From assembly GCA_963752595.1 (NCBI GenBank), contig CAVVYZ010000009.1, positions 96,001 to 160,000 of the forward strand: a DNA stretch of 64,000 nt, read 5' to 3'. Of this stretch, positions 42,479-52,160 are shown in pieces (within the stretch, counting starts at the first letter, position 1; each line of letters begins with the position of its first letter). The translations under genes were made by a program, and so were the position numbers. The DNA is from an uncultured delta proteobacterium. GTDB lineage: Bacteria > Desulfobacterota > Desulfomonilia > UBA1062. Under the pieces are notes generated by a model. The model saw only the letters and a list, made by a program, of their open reading frames with translations. It was not told the origin of the DNA and did not search any database.

Positions 42479-43501
42479 ATGAGCCTGTTCGATAGTCTCT
42501 TCGGCAAAAATAAAGGTGCAAAGGAGTTACGTGCCTGTGAATCTGCCTTGGAGAAACGGCCTGACGATGCAGTATTGTTAAAAAAACTCGGAGATCTCTA
42601 TCTTAAAGCTGATAAAAATGAAGAGGCCTCGGACATCTATGTCCGGCTGGGGGATATATACAATAATAAGGGGTTTTACCCCAAGGCCGTTGCGCTCTAC
42701 AAACAGGCCATCAAAATAAATCTCCTCTGGGGAAAGCCCTATGAAAAGCTCGCAGAGCTCTATCAGTTACAGGGCTTCAGCCGGGAAGCCGCTACTCAGT
42801 ATGTAAAACTCTCGGAAATATTAGAGAAAAACGGCGAGAATGAAGCGGCTACCATGTATATGCAAAAGGCAGCCGAACTCGATCCCGCCCATATGACCGT
42901 AAATAAAAAGGTGCAGACCTTCAATGTCAGGGAAAAGGGCATGATGGACCCTCTTCCCAAGACTTCCGAACAGCCCGGGATTCAAGAGACGGATTTCTAT
43001 GATCTCAACAATGAGCTGGATCGGGAGATAGAAGAGCTCCATATCGACGCTTCTTCGGAGAATCTCATAGATGAAACCGGTGTGGAGAGTGTTTTCAAGG
43101 CCATAGAAGAAAGTGTATCCGAGGAAGGGAAGGAAGACCCCCTGTTCCTTTACAACATGGGCCTCGCCTACCGGGAAACCGGACTTCTTGATGAAGCAAT
43201 TGAATCTTTCAATAAAGTGATTTCCACGGGGGAAAAGCTCTTTGATGCCTATACCATGCTTGGAATAACTTACCGCGAGCGGGGGATGTTCATGGAGTCC
43301 CTGAAGGCTCTCAAGGGTGGATCTTGTCTGGAAGATACATCGAAGGACATGAAGGTGGGCATTTATTATGAGATCGCCCAGACGTACAAGGCGATGGGAG
43401 AAAATGCCAATGCCCTGTCCATTTTCAAGGAAATCCATAAAGAGCATAAGGATTTCAAAGACGTTGAAGTCGAGATCGTAAGACTGGCGGGTGGAGGATA
43501 A
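42479..43501 (+). CDS. TPR protein, short SgmX-like architecture (N-terminal TPRs, acidic linker, C-terminal TPRs)
   Basis: KLGDLYLK, GFYPKAVALYKQ, then DFYDL...LYNMGLAYRETGLLDEAI...YYEIAQTY...FKDV. Confidence 0.85.
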   Translation: MSLFDSLFGKNKGAKELRACESALEKRPDDAVLLKKLGDLYLKADKNEEASDIYVRLGDIYNNKGFYPKAVALYKQAIKINLLWGKPYEKLAELYQLQGFSREAATQYVKLSEILEKNGENEAATMYMQKAAELDPAHMTVNKKVQTFNVREKGMMDPLPKTSEQPGIQETDFYDLNNELDREIEELHIDASSENLIDETGVESVFKAIEESVSEEGKEDPLFLYNMGLAYRETGLLDEAIESFNKVISTGEKLFDAYTMLGITYRERGMFMESLKALKGGSCLEDTSKDMKVGIYYEIAQTYKAMGENANALSIFKEIHKEHKDFKDVEVEIVRLAGGG

Positions 43502-43502
43502 T

Positions 43503-44453
43503 ATGGCTGTTATCAATTATTCGAAAAAGGAAATTTCTGCAAAAATAGTTTATTATGGACCTTCTCTGTGCGGGAAGACCACCAATATACAATCCATATA
43601 CGCCAGTATAAAACCCGATCAGAAAGGCAAGCTCGTATCTCTCGCTACAGAGGCGGATCGTACGCTCTTCTTCGATTTCCTCCCCATAGAGATCGCTAAT
43701 ATCCGTGGTTTTAAGACGAGGCTTCATTTCTACACCGTTCCGGGGCAGGTTTACTATAATTCAACCCGGAGAGCTGTTCTTACCGGCGTTGACGGACTTG
43801 TATTTGTGGCCGATTCCCAGCGTGACAAGATGGAAGAAAATGTCGAGAGCCTTGCGAACCTTGAGGAAAATCTCAATTATTACGGCAAGAGCCTCAAAAC
43901 CCTGCCGCTGGTTATCCAGTATAACAAGCGGGATATCCACGATGCCACTCCTATCAACGAGATGGAGCAAATCCTCAATCCGAACAATTATCCATATTCC
44001 GAGGCGGTCGCCACTACCGGCGAGGGGGTACTCCAGACGCTTACCAAGATTACGAAAATGGTACTCCAGCATATCGAAATGGGAACGAGCGGCAGGACAC
44101 AGCAGCGAAAAACAGAGCCTTCTCCGGAAAGGGAGCGGATAGCTGTCGAACCGCCGATGCATTCGAATAAGCATCAAACACCTCATCGTGAACCGGTGCA
44201 GAGACATGAAGCGCCGGATTTGGAGAGGGCCGCACCCGTTCAGGAAAGGCCCGGTCAAAGACTGCCCGAAGTATCCTTCTCAGGGTCTCCTGAATTTGCA
44301 GGAGGCCGCATTCAGATCGTAGGCACAGAAAGTGCAAAGATTATCTCCGTGAATGCGATAAGTATCCCATTACATTTGAAAATAGAAGGTGACGAGAGGA
44401 TATATACCTTGGATTTGGCCATCAAGCTGGACAAGCTACTCCCAGAGGAGTAA
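43503..44453 (+). CDS. mglA: MglA-family small Ras-like GTPase with about 120-aa C-terminal extension
   Basis: INYSKKEISAKIVYYGPSLCGKTTN, DRTLFFD, YTVPGQ, NKRD, EAVA. Confidence 0.9.
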   Translation: MAVINYSKKEISAKIVYYGPSLCGKTTNIQSIYASIKPDQKGKLVSLATEADRTLFFDFLPIEIANIRGFKTRLHFYTVPGQVYYNSTRRAVLTGVDGLVFVADSQRDKMEENVESLANLEENLNYYGKSLKTLPLVIQYNKRDIHDATPINEMEQILNPNNYPYSEAVATTGEGVLQTLTKITKMVLQHIEMGTSGRTQQRKTEPSPERERIAVEPPMHSNKHQTPHREPVQRHEAPDLERAAPVQERPGQRLPEVSFSGSPEFAGGRIQIVGTESAKIISVNAISIPLHLKIEGDERIYTLDLAIKLDKLLPEE

Positions 44454-44457
44454 CGGT

Positions 44458-45957
44458 GTGTTCGAATTGTCTACAATTGCAGGCTTGCTGCCAATATCTC
44501 AAAAAGCGCTTTACGCCTATTGGCCGTTCGTAGCAACACTCATTGGAAACGGATATTTTTTTGTCGTTACCACAACACTTGTAACACTCTTTCTCGTAGG
44601 CTTATGCCTTATTGCAAAGTATGCTCCCAACTTCCTCAATGACCTGAAAACCAAGACGAACAACGAGATCCCATCTATGGCCCTCATCTCTTGGATCGTG
44701 CTGGTCCTTGCCTTCCCAATATTTTTCGATGCAGGGCCTTTATGGTTCGTGCTCTGGTGGTTCATAGTCCTGTGGGGATATCTGAATGTCTTTGAGAAAC
44801 GGATAGCCTTTGTATTCATATCGATCATCTTCATGTCGAGCTGGCTTGCCCATGTCGGCGCCGGATTTCTCACCTATGCCGAAACACACGTAAACAGAGA
44901 GATCTTCACTGTCGATCATTCCATCGCATCCGCCAAAGATACTGTCGCCATTGCGGACTGGGTTCAGAATAATCCTGCCGATGCAGAGCCTATGAACATC
45001 CAGGCAATCACGGAAATACGGAAGGGAAACTATAGTGCAGCAGGGGCCTTGCTGAACAAGGGATTGGATCTCGAACCCAATAACAGCAGGTACTATAATC
45101 ATTTGGGTATCTCTCTCGCCAACACAGGCAGGAACAGCGAGGCCATCATGGCTTTTCAGAATGCAGTGGCATTGAAACCGAACAACATCATCTACCATTA
45201 CAACTTGAGCAGACTCTACCAGGCTACCTTCAATTTTTACGAAGCTGAACGCTCTGTCCAGAAGGCGAGCAGCATAGATCCCGAGATGGTGCGAAATCTT
45301 CTCGATCAGGAAGAGAAAGCAAAGGTCAAGAAAAAAAGTTACATCATTGAACATGTCCCCCTCATAAATCAACTTGCACGCCAGATGAAGCCATCCGGAG
45401 ATCTCAACAGGACAGCCGATGCCCTGTGGGATTTTGCCTTTGGTATTTTCGAAAGGGGCATGGCCATTTACATCAGCGTTGCAGTCGTTCTGATTATATT
45501 TTTCATTGGGCATATCCCTGAAGAAAAGTTCACGAAGCGCTGTCACCGGTGCGGCAACCTCTATTATTCGGGCACGACCTCCAAATCCGGGTATCCCATG
45601 TGCCTTCAGTGCCATTGGATAGAGACAAAACCCAAGAATAAGATGAACACCATCCTGGCGAACAAGGCAGAAGAAATCAAAAGCCACCGCACCAGGAGCG
45701 CATCGCATGCATCCAAGCTGGAGTTCATTCTCCCGGGCTTGGGGTCTTTTATTGCAAACAGACCGCTGAAAGCCGTTGTAAGGCTTACCTTGTTCTGTTC
45801 GTCGTTGATTTTAATCATTACGGGCTTCAGGTTTATCTACTCTTTCGTCCCTGCAGGGGTTGACTTTACCGGATATGCACGGACTGCCGGCGTCCTCATG
45901 GCCGGGTTCCTTTACTGGAGATCGTATAAGTCACCTCCGGCGAAATACGGGGTATAG
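44458..45957 (+). CDS. Multi-pass membrane protein with TPR domain and CxxC...CxxC zinc-finger-like motif
   Basis: N-terminal TM helices; TPRs (YYNHLGISLA, YHYNLSRLY); RCHRCG...MCLQC; LPGLG then C-terminal TMs. Start codon uncertain. Confidence 0.8.
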   Translation: MFELSTIAGLLPISQKALYAYWPFVATLIGNGYFFVVTTTLVTLFLVGLCLIAKYAPNFLNDLKTKTNNEIPSMALISWIVLVLAFPIFFDAGPLWFVLWWFIVLWGYLNVFEKRIAFVFISIIFMSSWLAHVGAGFLTYAETHVNREIFTVDHSIASAKDTVAIADWVQNNPADAEPMNIQAITEIRKGNYSAAGALLNKGLDLEPNNSRYYNHLGISLANTGRNSEAIMAFQNAVALKPNNIIYHYNLSRLYQATFNFYEAERSVQKASSIDPEMVRNLLDQEEKAKVKKKSYIIEHVPLINQLARQMKPSGDLNRTADALWDFAFGIFERGMAIYISVAVVLIIFFIGHIPEEKFTKRCHRCGNLYYSGTTSKSGYPMCLQCHWIETKPKNKMNTILANKAEEIKSHRTRSASHASKLEFILPGLGSFIANRPLKAVVRLTLFCSSLILIITGFRFIYSFVPAGVDFTGYARTAGVLMAGFLYWRSYKSPPAKYGV

Positions 45958-45961
45958 CGGT

Positions 45962-46951
45962 ATGGCGTTGCTCGGAACACTCAAAGGTTTTGGCGTAACT
46001 GAGATATTCCAGCTCATCTCACAGCAGATGAAGACAGGAACCCTGATCCTCGCCTCCTCCAAGGCATCCATATCGCTTGTATTCGACAATGGGACAATCC
46101 AGGGGATCAAATCCGACCAATGGGAGATAGACCCCCGTGCAGACCTGCTTCTCAAGGGGGGATTCATCTATGAGAAGGATTTCAGGACTGCCTTTGAGCA
46201 TGAAAAAAAGAATTCTCACAAGTGGTTTGATATACTCATCAACCAGGGAAAGCTCAAGAAAACCTTCCTGGAGAGAGCCACCAATGTAGTCATCAAGACC
46301 ATTCTTCTGGATATCTTTCAGTGGAAAGAAGGCAGTTATAAGTTTGAAGACTGGGAAGTCGATGCTGAGGGCGTTCTCCCCTGCCATGTCCCGACCGAAG
46401 GGGTTATCCTTGATACCTTGCGGGTCATCGACGAGTGGCCGATCATCAAGCAGAAGATCCCTCCTGTTGATTATAGCCCGGTCACGATCATGCCTCTTAC
46501 CGAGGATATCGTAAAGAAGTATCACCTTGGCGCTATTGAAATGCACATTTTCGATCTCATCGATGAGAAAAGCACGGTACAGAACATCATCCGGCAGTCC
46601 CTGGAACCGCCTTTCGAGGCATTGAGCGCCCTCGTCAGACTCATCGATTGCGGACTCGTGGAGGTCTTTCCCCAAGGAACCGTGGAAACACGCGATTCAT
46701 CTATTGCGAAACGTGTATTCCTGCTGAAACTGAAGAAGGTGTCCTCCTTCATTCTGCTTGCAATTACAGTTGCAGTTCTCTTTCTGATCGGACAGCCAAG
46801 ATTCCTGCAGGGGAACTTCGTCCCTGATGAGGTCATGTTTTACATACGGAATCAAAAGGCAATGGCTCAGGATTTTGCCCGGCAGGAGATATGGCTTTCA
46901 AAGCTAAGTACAGATACTGATACCCGTTCGTCCTCATCTTCACGGGAGTAA
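45962..46951 (+). CDS. DUF4388 (PATAN-like) domain protein with C-terminal TM helix
   Basis: MALLGTLKGFGVTEIFQLISQQMKTGTL...IFQWKEGSYKF...LRVIDEW; TM near the C-terminus. Confidence 0.8.
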   Translation: MALLGTLKGFGVTEIFQLISQQMKTGTLILASSKASISLVFDNGTIQGIKSDQWEIDPRADLLLKGGFIYEKDFRTAFEHEKKNSHKWFDILINQGKLKKTFLERATNVVIKTILLDIFQWKEGSYKFEDWEVDAEGVLPCHVPTEGVILDTLRVIDEWPIIKQKIPPVDYSPVTIMPLTEDIVKKYHLGAIEMHIFDLIDEKSTVQNIIRQSLEPPFEALSALVRLIDCGLVEVFPQGTVETRDSSIAKRVFLLKLKKVSSFILLAITVAVLFLIGQPRFLQGNFVPDEVMFYIRNQKAMAQDFARQEIWLSKLSTDTDTRSSSSSRE

Positions 46952-48563
46952 AAGCAACATCGACATACCGTGTCAATTGCTGTGAATTCTCATCGATTGT
47001 GAATCTCAAAGTATGGAATACTCTGTTTGAATGCTTCAGGATCAGTTTGCACTGGGCCTTGGTATACTTTTTCATACCGACTATTTCCATGGATGGGATC
47101 ATGAATACCGGTTCCGGATTTCCCTCTCCGAAAGGGGCAAGCATCTCCAGTTCTTCCAGAAGCACCGGCGTGATATCCAAGGGAGAAACTTTCAGGTCCA
47201 CCTCAAAACTCTTCACCTGCTCTTCCTTGGCTGCCAGCACCCCGTCAAGGGCGCGTGCAAAGGTAAGGATCCTGCTCTCATCGATATTGAGGCCGACAGC
47301 CATCTTGTGGCCTCCGAAACCGTTCAAGTCATCGGAGACCCTGGAGATGGCTGTGTGCAGATCTATCCCTGTGACGGACCTCCCTGAACCGATTCCTATA
47401 CCATCAAGTACGGATATAACGATGGCAGGCTTTGAAAAGATGGATGTAAGCCGCGATGCGACAATCCCTATCACGCCTGTGTGCCAGTTCGCCCCTGCCA
47501 CTACGATAACGTTGTTGAGTGGGGCATCGCTTTCCAGCCGGCTTAAAACCTCGGTGAGAACCTGCTGTTCCTCCATCTGCCTGAACCGGTTGAGCTGATT
47601 GAGCTCCAGCGCCAGATTCTGCGCTACGACTTCATCTTCCGTGATCAGAAGCTCGAAGGCCTTTTTCGCGTCTGAAAGCCTGCCTGCGGCGTTGATTCTC
47701 GGCCCCAGAATGTACCCGACATCCCGGGAAAAGAGCTCTCTGTTGAGCCCTGATACCTTGATCAGAGCAGCAAGTCCTATTCTTCCGGATGTATTCAGGA
47801 TATTCAGGCCTTCTTTTACCAGAATGCGGTTTACACCCGACAAGGAAACTGCATCCGCAATGGTAGCCATGGCAACGAGATCGAGCTCATCCTTGAGATT
47901 CGGTAGGCAGTCAATGCCCTGCCGCCTCAAGCACGACCTCAGGGCTATGATAAGATGAAAGACAACCCCTGCACCGCAGAGATCCTCCCCGGAAAAGGGG
48001 CAATCGGCCTGTTTTGGATTGAGAATGCAGTATGCATCGGGAGTCGATTCTCCCAACACGTGATGATCCGTGATGATGACATCCATGCCGAGACTCTTCG
48101 CATGGGCCACCTCCTGGACAGAGGTGACGCCGCAGTCTGCGGTAATCAGGAGGCTTACGCCCTTTCCTTTCAGTTCATCGATGCCCCGGGTATTCAGACC
48201 GTATCCGTCACTGACGCGATCGGGGATGAACAATTCCGGCGGACTGCATCCGACATTGGTGAGGAAACGCTGGATCAGCGCTGCACTGCATACGCCGTCC
48301 ACATCGTAGTCGGTAAATATCCCGATGAGCTCGCTTTTTTTAATTGCGGCCAGAATCCGCTCGCAGGCACGTTCCATGTTTTTCATATCCTGCGGGTTCT
48401 TCAGCTGGCCGAGGTTCGGGATCAGGAAACTCAAGGCATCGCGGGAGCTATCCAATCCGCGGATTCTCATCAGGGACCTGAAGGTCGGTGTGAATTTAAG
48501 ATCGGACAGCGCATTATGGTCTATATGCCCTTTGATAATCCACTCGCGAGAGAAGCAAACCAT
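46833..48563 (-). CDS. recJ: Single-stranded-DNA exonuclease RecJ
   Basis: DYDVDG, GYG, ITADCG, TDHH, PRINAAGR, GSGRS, GGHKMA, APFGEGNPEP. Confidence 0.95.
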   Translation of the reverse strand: MVCFSREWIIKGHIDHNALSDLKFTPTFRSLMRIRGLDSSRDALSFLIPNLGQLKNPQDMKNMERACERILAAIKKSELIGIFTDYDVDGVCSAALIQRFLTNVGCSPPELFIPDRVSDGYGLNTRGIDELKGKGVSLLITADCGVTSVQEVAHAKSLGMDVIITDHHVLGESTPDAYCILNPKQADCPFSGEDLCGAGVVFHLIIALRSCLRRQGIDCLPNLKDELDLVAMATIADAVSLSGVNRILVKEGLNILNTSGRIGLAALIKVSGLNRELFSRDVGYILGPRINAAGRLSDAKKAFELLITEDEVVAQNLALELNQLNRFRQMEEQQVLTEVLSRLESDAPLNNVIVVAGANWHTGVIGIVASRLTSIFSKPAIVISVLDGIGIGSGRSVTGIDLHTAISRVSDDLNGFGGHKMAVGLNIDESRILTFARALDGVLAAKEEQVKSFEVDLKVSPLDITPVLLEELEMLAPFGEGNPEPVFMIPSMEIVGMKKYTKAQCKLILKHSNRVFHTLRFTIDENSQQLTRYVDVAFTPVKMRTNGYQYLYLALKAISPAGQNPEPLPFDSVCKT

Positions 48564-48570
48564 ACGCCGC

Positions 48571-48599
48571 ACCTTAGCGCCGGGAATTCAATTAGTCAA
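48571..48599 (-). promoter_or_regulatory. sigma70-type promoter of recJ (leaderless geometry)
   Basis: TTGACT-N17-TAAGGT, then 7 nt, then ATG; no SD. Confidence 0.6.
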
Positions 48600-48620
48600 G
48601 CTGTGACGAGCAGACGCTTT

Positions 48621-49385
48621 TCAGGCTTCCGATAAGTACCTGCCAAGAACTTCCTTCGTTTCGAGCATATCCTGCGGTTTCACCTCCATGGTGATCGACG
48701 AACTGTATCCCCTCGAGCCCAACTCTTTCAAAATTCCCGGATAATCTATGATACCCCGGCCCAGGGAAAGGTGCTGATCGTCTTTGACGCTTGTCCCCCC
48801 GTGATTGTCATGGACATGGATATGGGCTATCTTCTCGAACGCATGGCGCATGAACCCGTAAGAGGTATTTTCCCTTGAGAGAAGCTGGCCATGCCCGATA
48901 TCCAGGGTCATCTTCAAAGACGGTATCGCTTCAAACGCCATGCGGAAGCTCTCGAAACGCTCGCTTAAGTTTTCGATGCACAGAACGATGCCCTGCTCCT
49001 CTGCATAATCGGCCATGCCCTTCAAAAGATGGATTTTCTTCTCGATAAGCTCTCTATCGGCCCACCGCTTGTCTATCCAGAAATGGATCGTTCCTTTCGA
49101 GATTTCGAGCTCTCTGGACAGATCGAGAAGCCTTTTGATCTTGGGAACGAAATCTTCCTTCAGAGATTCGGCATCAAAGGGGTTCCCTTCATTGGGGTAG
49201 TGTGCCAGGTATGTTATTCCGAAACGGTCCTTCAGGGATTGTAAGGTATCGAGTTCTTTTTCCACCTCACTTGGTTCATTGAGGGAGATTTCCGCAAAAG
49301 GGAGACCCAGATCGGATACCTCTTCGACCTGTGTTACAGTGTGCGCCCTGCCGCCGATAATCAACCTGTCCATTGAAAGCTTCAT
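48621..49385 (-). CDS. Sugar phosphate isomerase/epimerase / AP-endonuclease-2-like TIM barrel
   Basis: LCIENL, TLDIGHG, HIHVHDN, DQHLSLGRG, ITMEV. Confidence 0.85.
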   Translation of the reverse strand: MKLSMDRLIIGGRAHTVTQVEEVSDLGLPFAEISLNEPSEVEKELDTLQSLKDRFGITYLAHYPNEGNPFDAESLKEDFVPKIKRLLDLSRELEISKGTIHFWIDKRWADRELIEKKIHLLKGMADYAEEQGIVLCIENLSERFESFRMAFEAIPSLKMTLDIGHGQLLSRENTSYGFMRHAFEKIAHIHVHDNHGGTSVKDDQHLSLGRGIIDYPGILKELGSRGYSSSITMEVKPQDMLETKEVLGRYLSEA

Positions 49386-49407
49386 TTCTTTCCCCCCTGC
49401 GGGAATT

Positions 49408-50004
49408 TCATTCCCTTCCTTCAGCCGTATCCCTGGATCCATCTCTATGAGACCCTATCCGGTAGAAATAAACCGGATCATTGAATATCCGGTGGCTGCT
49501 CTTCAGCACTTTCTCGGGCTTCCACCCGGGAATTACAAAATTCGCACTGATCACCAGGGCTCCCCTTTTCAGCTCCTGATCCAGCTTCTTCCCAAGCCTC
49601 GGCATGATATCGGGGAACAGGTAGCAGAACGTGCAATCGGCACTGCTCAAATCCACATCCCAGAAACTTCTGTACGCCACTGTAGATCTCAGACGGAGGA
49701 GCAGGATCTTCAGCCGGCAGACGGCATATGCGATGGGATTGATCTCATAGCCGGTCACCGTCCGTCCGTACCTCTCTTCTACCGCTGCCATGAATCTTCC
49801 ATCTCCTGATCCGAGCTCACGTATATCCAGAAAGCCTGAGAAATCCACGGAACCGGCAATCATCTTTACCATAACCTTTGGTGTGGGAACGAACATGGCT
49901 CCGCCGGTCTTGTGATGAACGGCAAAGATGACGATCGAGAAGAGGAACAGGCTGCAGAATATAAGCAGTGCTATGATAATGACAGCCTTAAGGATGATCT
50001 CCAT
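49408..50004 (-). CDS. Membrane-anchored class I SAM-dependent methyltransferase
   Basis: N-terminal TM; AMFVPTP, ELGSGDGR, GYEINP, CYLFP. Confidence 0.85.
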   Translation of the reverse strand: MEIILKAVIIIALLIFCSLFLFSIVIFAVHHKTGGAMFVPTPKVMVKMIAGSVDFSGFLDIRELGSGDGRFMAAVEERYGRTVTGYEINPIAYAVCRLKILLLRLRSTVAYRSFWDVDLSSADCTFCYLFPDIMPRLGKKLDQELKRGALVISANFVIPGWKPEKVLKSSHRIFNDPVYFYRIGSHRDGSRDTAEGRE

Positions 50005-50007
50005 CTC

Positions 50008-50187
50008 CTACCTCATACCTTCTTCTGATGCATCTTTCCCGGACAGATCCACGATAGGGGCATGGATATTGCCGGCGCAGAAAATCATACCCCCTTCGTC
50101 ATATACAAGCAGCAAACCCTCTTGGCGGGGAAAAGCCTCCGCCCGGGTACGGGATGAGGGACGCCAAAGATCATCAGGATAGTTCAT
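50008..50187 (-). CDS. Possible small hypothetical protein (frame uncertain)
   Basis: 59-aa ORF filling the gap between nfeD and the methyltransferase in an indel-rich region. Confidence 0.3.
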   Translation of the reverse strand: MNYPDDLWRPSSRTRAEAFPRQEGLLLVYDEGGMIFCAGNIHAPIVDLSGKDASEEGMR

Positions 50188-51490
50188 TTCTGCGGTCGTG
50201 TTCAGGAGAAGGCTTGACAATGAGCTCCAATCCGTCCAGTTCCACGACTTCGACCTGATCATCTGGAATAAGCCCTGCCGGACCCTTTGCATTCCAGTAC
50301 TCGCCGTGGCAGAAGACCTTGCCCTTGCCTTCGGCACCCCAGGAATACACAATTGCTTTCTCGCCGATGAGGCCCTGCCTTCCGCTGACTGGTGATTGAC
50401 GGTGTGTTTTTATGACCAGGTACAGGACCGAGACAAAGAAGGCGGCGAAGAAGAGGGTAACAGGAAGGATAATGCTCAAGGAAACCTGTTCATAAAGCTC
50501 CTGGTTCCTGAACAGGAGTACCGAGCCCAGCACCATGGAGACTATCCCCCCACCGTGAGCATGCCGTAGCTGGGCACCTTGATCTCGGCAATAAACATGA
50601 TCATCGCCAAGGAGAATGAGCGCTACGCCCGCAAATTGACCGGTAGCGTCTGAAAGGCAAAGAATGCGAGGATCAGGGATATCCCTCCGATAACCCCGGG
50701 AAGAATGGCACCCGGGCTGGCGAGCTCGAAGAATATGCCTGCCATGACCGATGAGCATGAGGATATAGGCGATATTGGGATTGGAAATCGCCGCAAGAAG
50801 CCGATACCTAAACCCCATGGGCTCGACACCAGGCATGGCACCTTTGGTCTTGAGCCCGAAGGGCTGCTGTTTTTCTTGACCTTTTGCCCGTCGAGCTGTT
50901 CAGAAGATCATTCATATTCTGTGCGACGATATCGATAACCTTCAATTGCAACGCCTCCTGCGCAGGGGTGGAAACGCTCTTTACGACCGCATTCTCGGCC
51001 CACTGTTCGTTCCTTCCCCGCTCCCGCGCAATGCTCCGCGCATAGGCAACGGCATCGTTGGTGACCTTTTCCACCATGGTCTTGCCTTGCCTTTCTCTTC
51101 TCCTATGCCCGGACCTACACCGACCGGATGCGCAGCGCCGATGTTCGTCCCCGGGGCCATGGCAGCGATATCCGAAGCCAGGGTAATGAGTCGCACCGGC
51201 AGAAGCTGCCCGGGCCCCTGCGGGTGATACATAGACGATCACCGGGATATTGGCGTTCATCTCCTTCTGCACGATATCCCGCATGGCGGTATCCAGACCC
51301 CCCGGGAGTGTCCATCCGGATGATGATTGCCTTTTTTTGGGTGATACGGCATTGTCGATATTTTCGATGAATGAAAGAGGCGATGGGAGGGGTGATGGCA
51401 TCCTTCACATCGATCACCAGAATATCGCGATGCCTGAGGAATAGCAGGAGCAATCAGCAGCGCCATCCAGAAGGAAAACAGGACTTTCCC
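50174..51490 (-). CDS. nfeD: NfeD family membrane-bound ClpP-class serine protease (multiple frameshifts; start approximate)
   Basis: Pieces: [67 protein letters not shown]. Confidence 0.85.
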
Positions 51491-52160
51491 TATTTTGGCA
51501 GAGAAATATTGAGGTATGTCCATTACCTTTTTTATATCTTCCCATACGTCCCTCTTCTTTGCCGGATTATGGAGCAGATAACTCGGGTGATAGGTAGGCA
51601 TCACCTTGATGCCTTGGTAATCATAAAAATTACCCCGGAGCGCACTGATGGAGGTTTCGGTGTTCAGAATCGTCTGGGCTGCAATTTTACCCAGGGCGAT
51701 GATCACTTTCGGCTCTATGACCTTGATCTGCTCATCAAGAAAACCGATGCATTCCCGGATTTCCTCGGGCAGTGGGTCCCTGTTGCCCGGGAGGTCTGCA
51801 TTTGGTGATATTTGCGATGTAGACGTCCTGACGTGTCAGGCCCATCCCCTTCTCGATGATATCGGTAAGCAACTTCCCGGCAGGGCCGACAAAGGGCCTT
51901 CCGGTCTGGTCTTCAACAGCACCGGGGGCCTCGCCGATGAACATGATGTCGGCGTCATGATTGCCTTCTCCGAATACGATATTCTTTGCCGTCTTGCACA
52001 GCGGGCAGCAGTTGCATTTCTCCAGGCGCGCTCGTATTGCCTCTAGTGCCTTTTCCTTTGAAACAGCTTCCGGCATGGCCTGCACCTCGCGGGGATGCAT
52101 GAGGAATCGGCCGGTCCACAGCATTTCCTCACGCAGCATTTGGATGATGAGGTCATTCAC
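51490..52160 (-). CDS. Family-4 uracil-DNA glycosylase (frameshifted; 3' end approximate)
   Basis: [40 protein letters not shown]. Confidence 0.88.

Noticed and set aside
51257-51706. Apparent UDG-NfeD in-frame fusion
   Set aside because: Removing one base near 51515 gives a normal UDG end ([13 protein letters not shown]); the region is indel-rich.
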